A stretch of DNA of 64,000 bases from Octopus sinensis (lineage: Eukaryota): contig NC_043021.1 in NCBI RefSeq assembly GCF_006345805.1, forward strand, positions 16,678,001-16,742,000. Direction: 5' to 3'. Position 1 is the stretch's first letter; each line of letters starts with the position of its first letter. The translations under genes and the position numbers were made by a program. The notes beneath the pieces were generated by a model. It was given only the letters and a program-made list of their open reading frames with translations, made no database searches and had not been told where the DNA came from. Below are positions 63,098 to 64,000 of the stretch, piece by piece.

Positions 63098-64000
63098 TAT
63101 ATATTATATATGACAGGCTTCTTTCAGTTTCCGTCTACCAAATCCACTCACAAGGCTTTGGTCGGCTCGATGCCCAAGGTGTCATGCAGTGGGACTGAAC
63201 CCGGAACCATGTGGTTGGTAAGCAAGCTTCTTACCAACCACGCGGCCACTCCTGCGCTGAGAACTGAAGCCTACATGTCTACAAATTATATCCAAAAATA
63301 ACGAGAGAATCAGAACTAAATGTTATGCAACAAACATTATTGGTACGGCAGCACTCCTTAAGCTATCCTTTGTCCTAGAACAAGTACTTAGTGGAGCTTA
63401 TCCTCACTGATACAACCAAGTGCATGTAAACGGCAAAATAAATGATTCAGGAAGACTCGTTTGATACCAAACTGCTTGTGATATGGCCAGTTTAAACACT
63501 AAAGGGTTAAATAACTCTGTTAAATGTAATCCCTATTTATTCCCATTGTTTTAAATGAATCATGCCTTATCTTGTAGCTTTGACATTTTGATCATGTGCT
63601 TCTTTATTTTGAGAATGACATTGTAGAGTAAATGCGAGAAGCCGGAATTGGTCAGTTTGAACGCAAAGCAGGAAAATTATTTGGGCTGGAAATGGCCGGT
63701 TTAACCCTTTAGTGTTCAGATTACTCTGTTAAATGTAATGCTTTTTTATTTAAATTGTTTTGAATTAATCATGCTATTTTTAGACTGTCAGTGTAGGTTT
63801 GGTGTGAGAGGCTAGATATGGCCAGTTTGAATATAAAATATGTAAATATATTGGGCCGGATTTGGCCAGTTTAAACACTAAAGGGTTAAATGCTAAAGAG
63901 TTAAAGTAATCTAAATTAAAACCTTCCATCAAGATTTCATGTTCGTTAATGTTTCAAAGACCTGCTTAATTAACCCTTTCGTTACAGTATTTATTTTGAG
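62712..64000. mobile_element. Nested cluster of TTAA (piggyBac-like) MITEs plus a SINE (62878-63258)
   Basis: TTAA-CCC starts at 62712, 62785, 63705 and 63974; complete inner element 63705-63885 with a 12-bp perfect TIR CCCTTTAGTGTT. Confidence 0.75.

Overview
AT-rich, repeat-dense eukaryotic DNA. The SINE, RTE and MITE families and the (TA)n/(TG)n density match my recollection of Octopus (coleoid cephalopod) genomes; this is an inference, not a search result. Genes: (1) a large + strand protein with about 19 dispersed C2H2/C2HC zinc fingers, encoded by a 5.9-kb exon (about 14716-20579) spliced to a terminal exon at 22006, where the junction rebuilds a canonical finger; (2) a probable first coding exon of an SZRD1-like gene (57146-57199) that the ORF track misses; (3) scattered - strand exon candidates (26.5-43.5 kb) that may form an unidentified gene. 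The remainder is transposons and tandem repeats: tRNA-derived SINEs, RTE/CR1/RLE-type LINE relics, a Tc1/mariner relic, hAT-like, piggyBac-like and TA-flanked MITEs, Helitrons and several minisatellites. Top signals: two copies of a minimal type I hammerhead ribozyme in a short (TA)n-embedded repeat (56460-56509 and 29481-29539), a 571-bp nested palindrome (54281-54851), a 1.6-kb minisatellite in which each canonical unit is a p53-family half-site, and ZF-gene ends that depend on homopolymer or microsatellite length.
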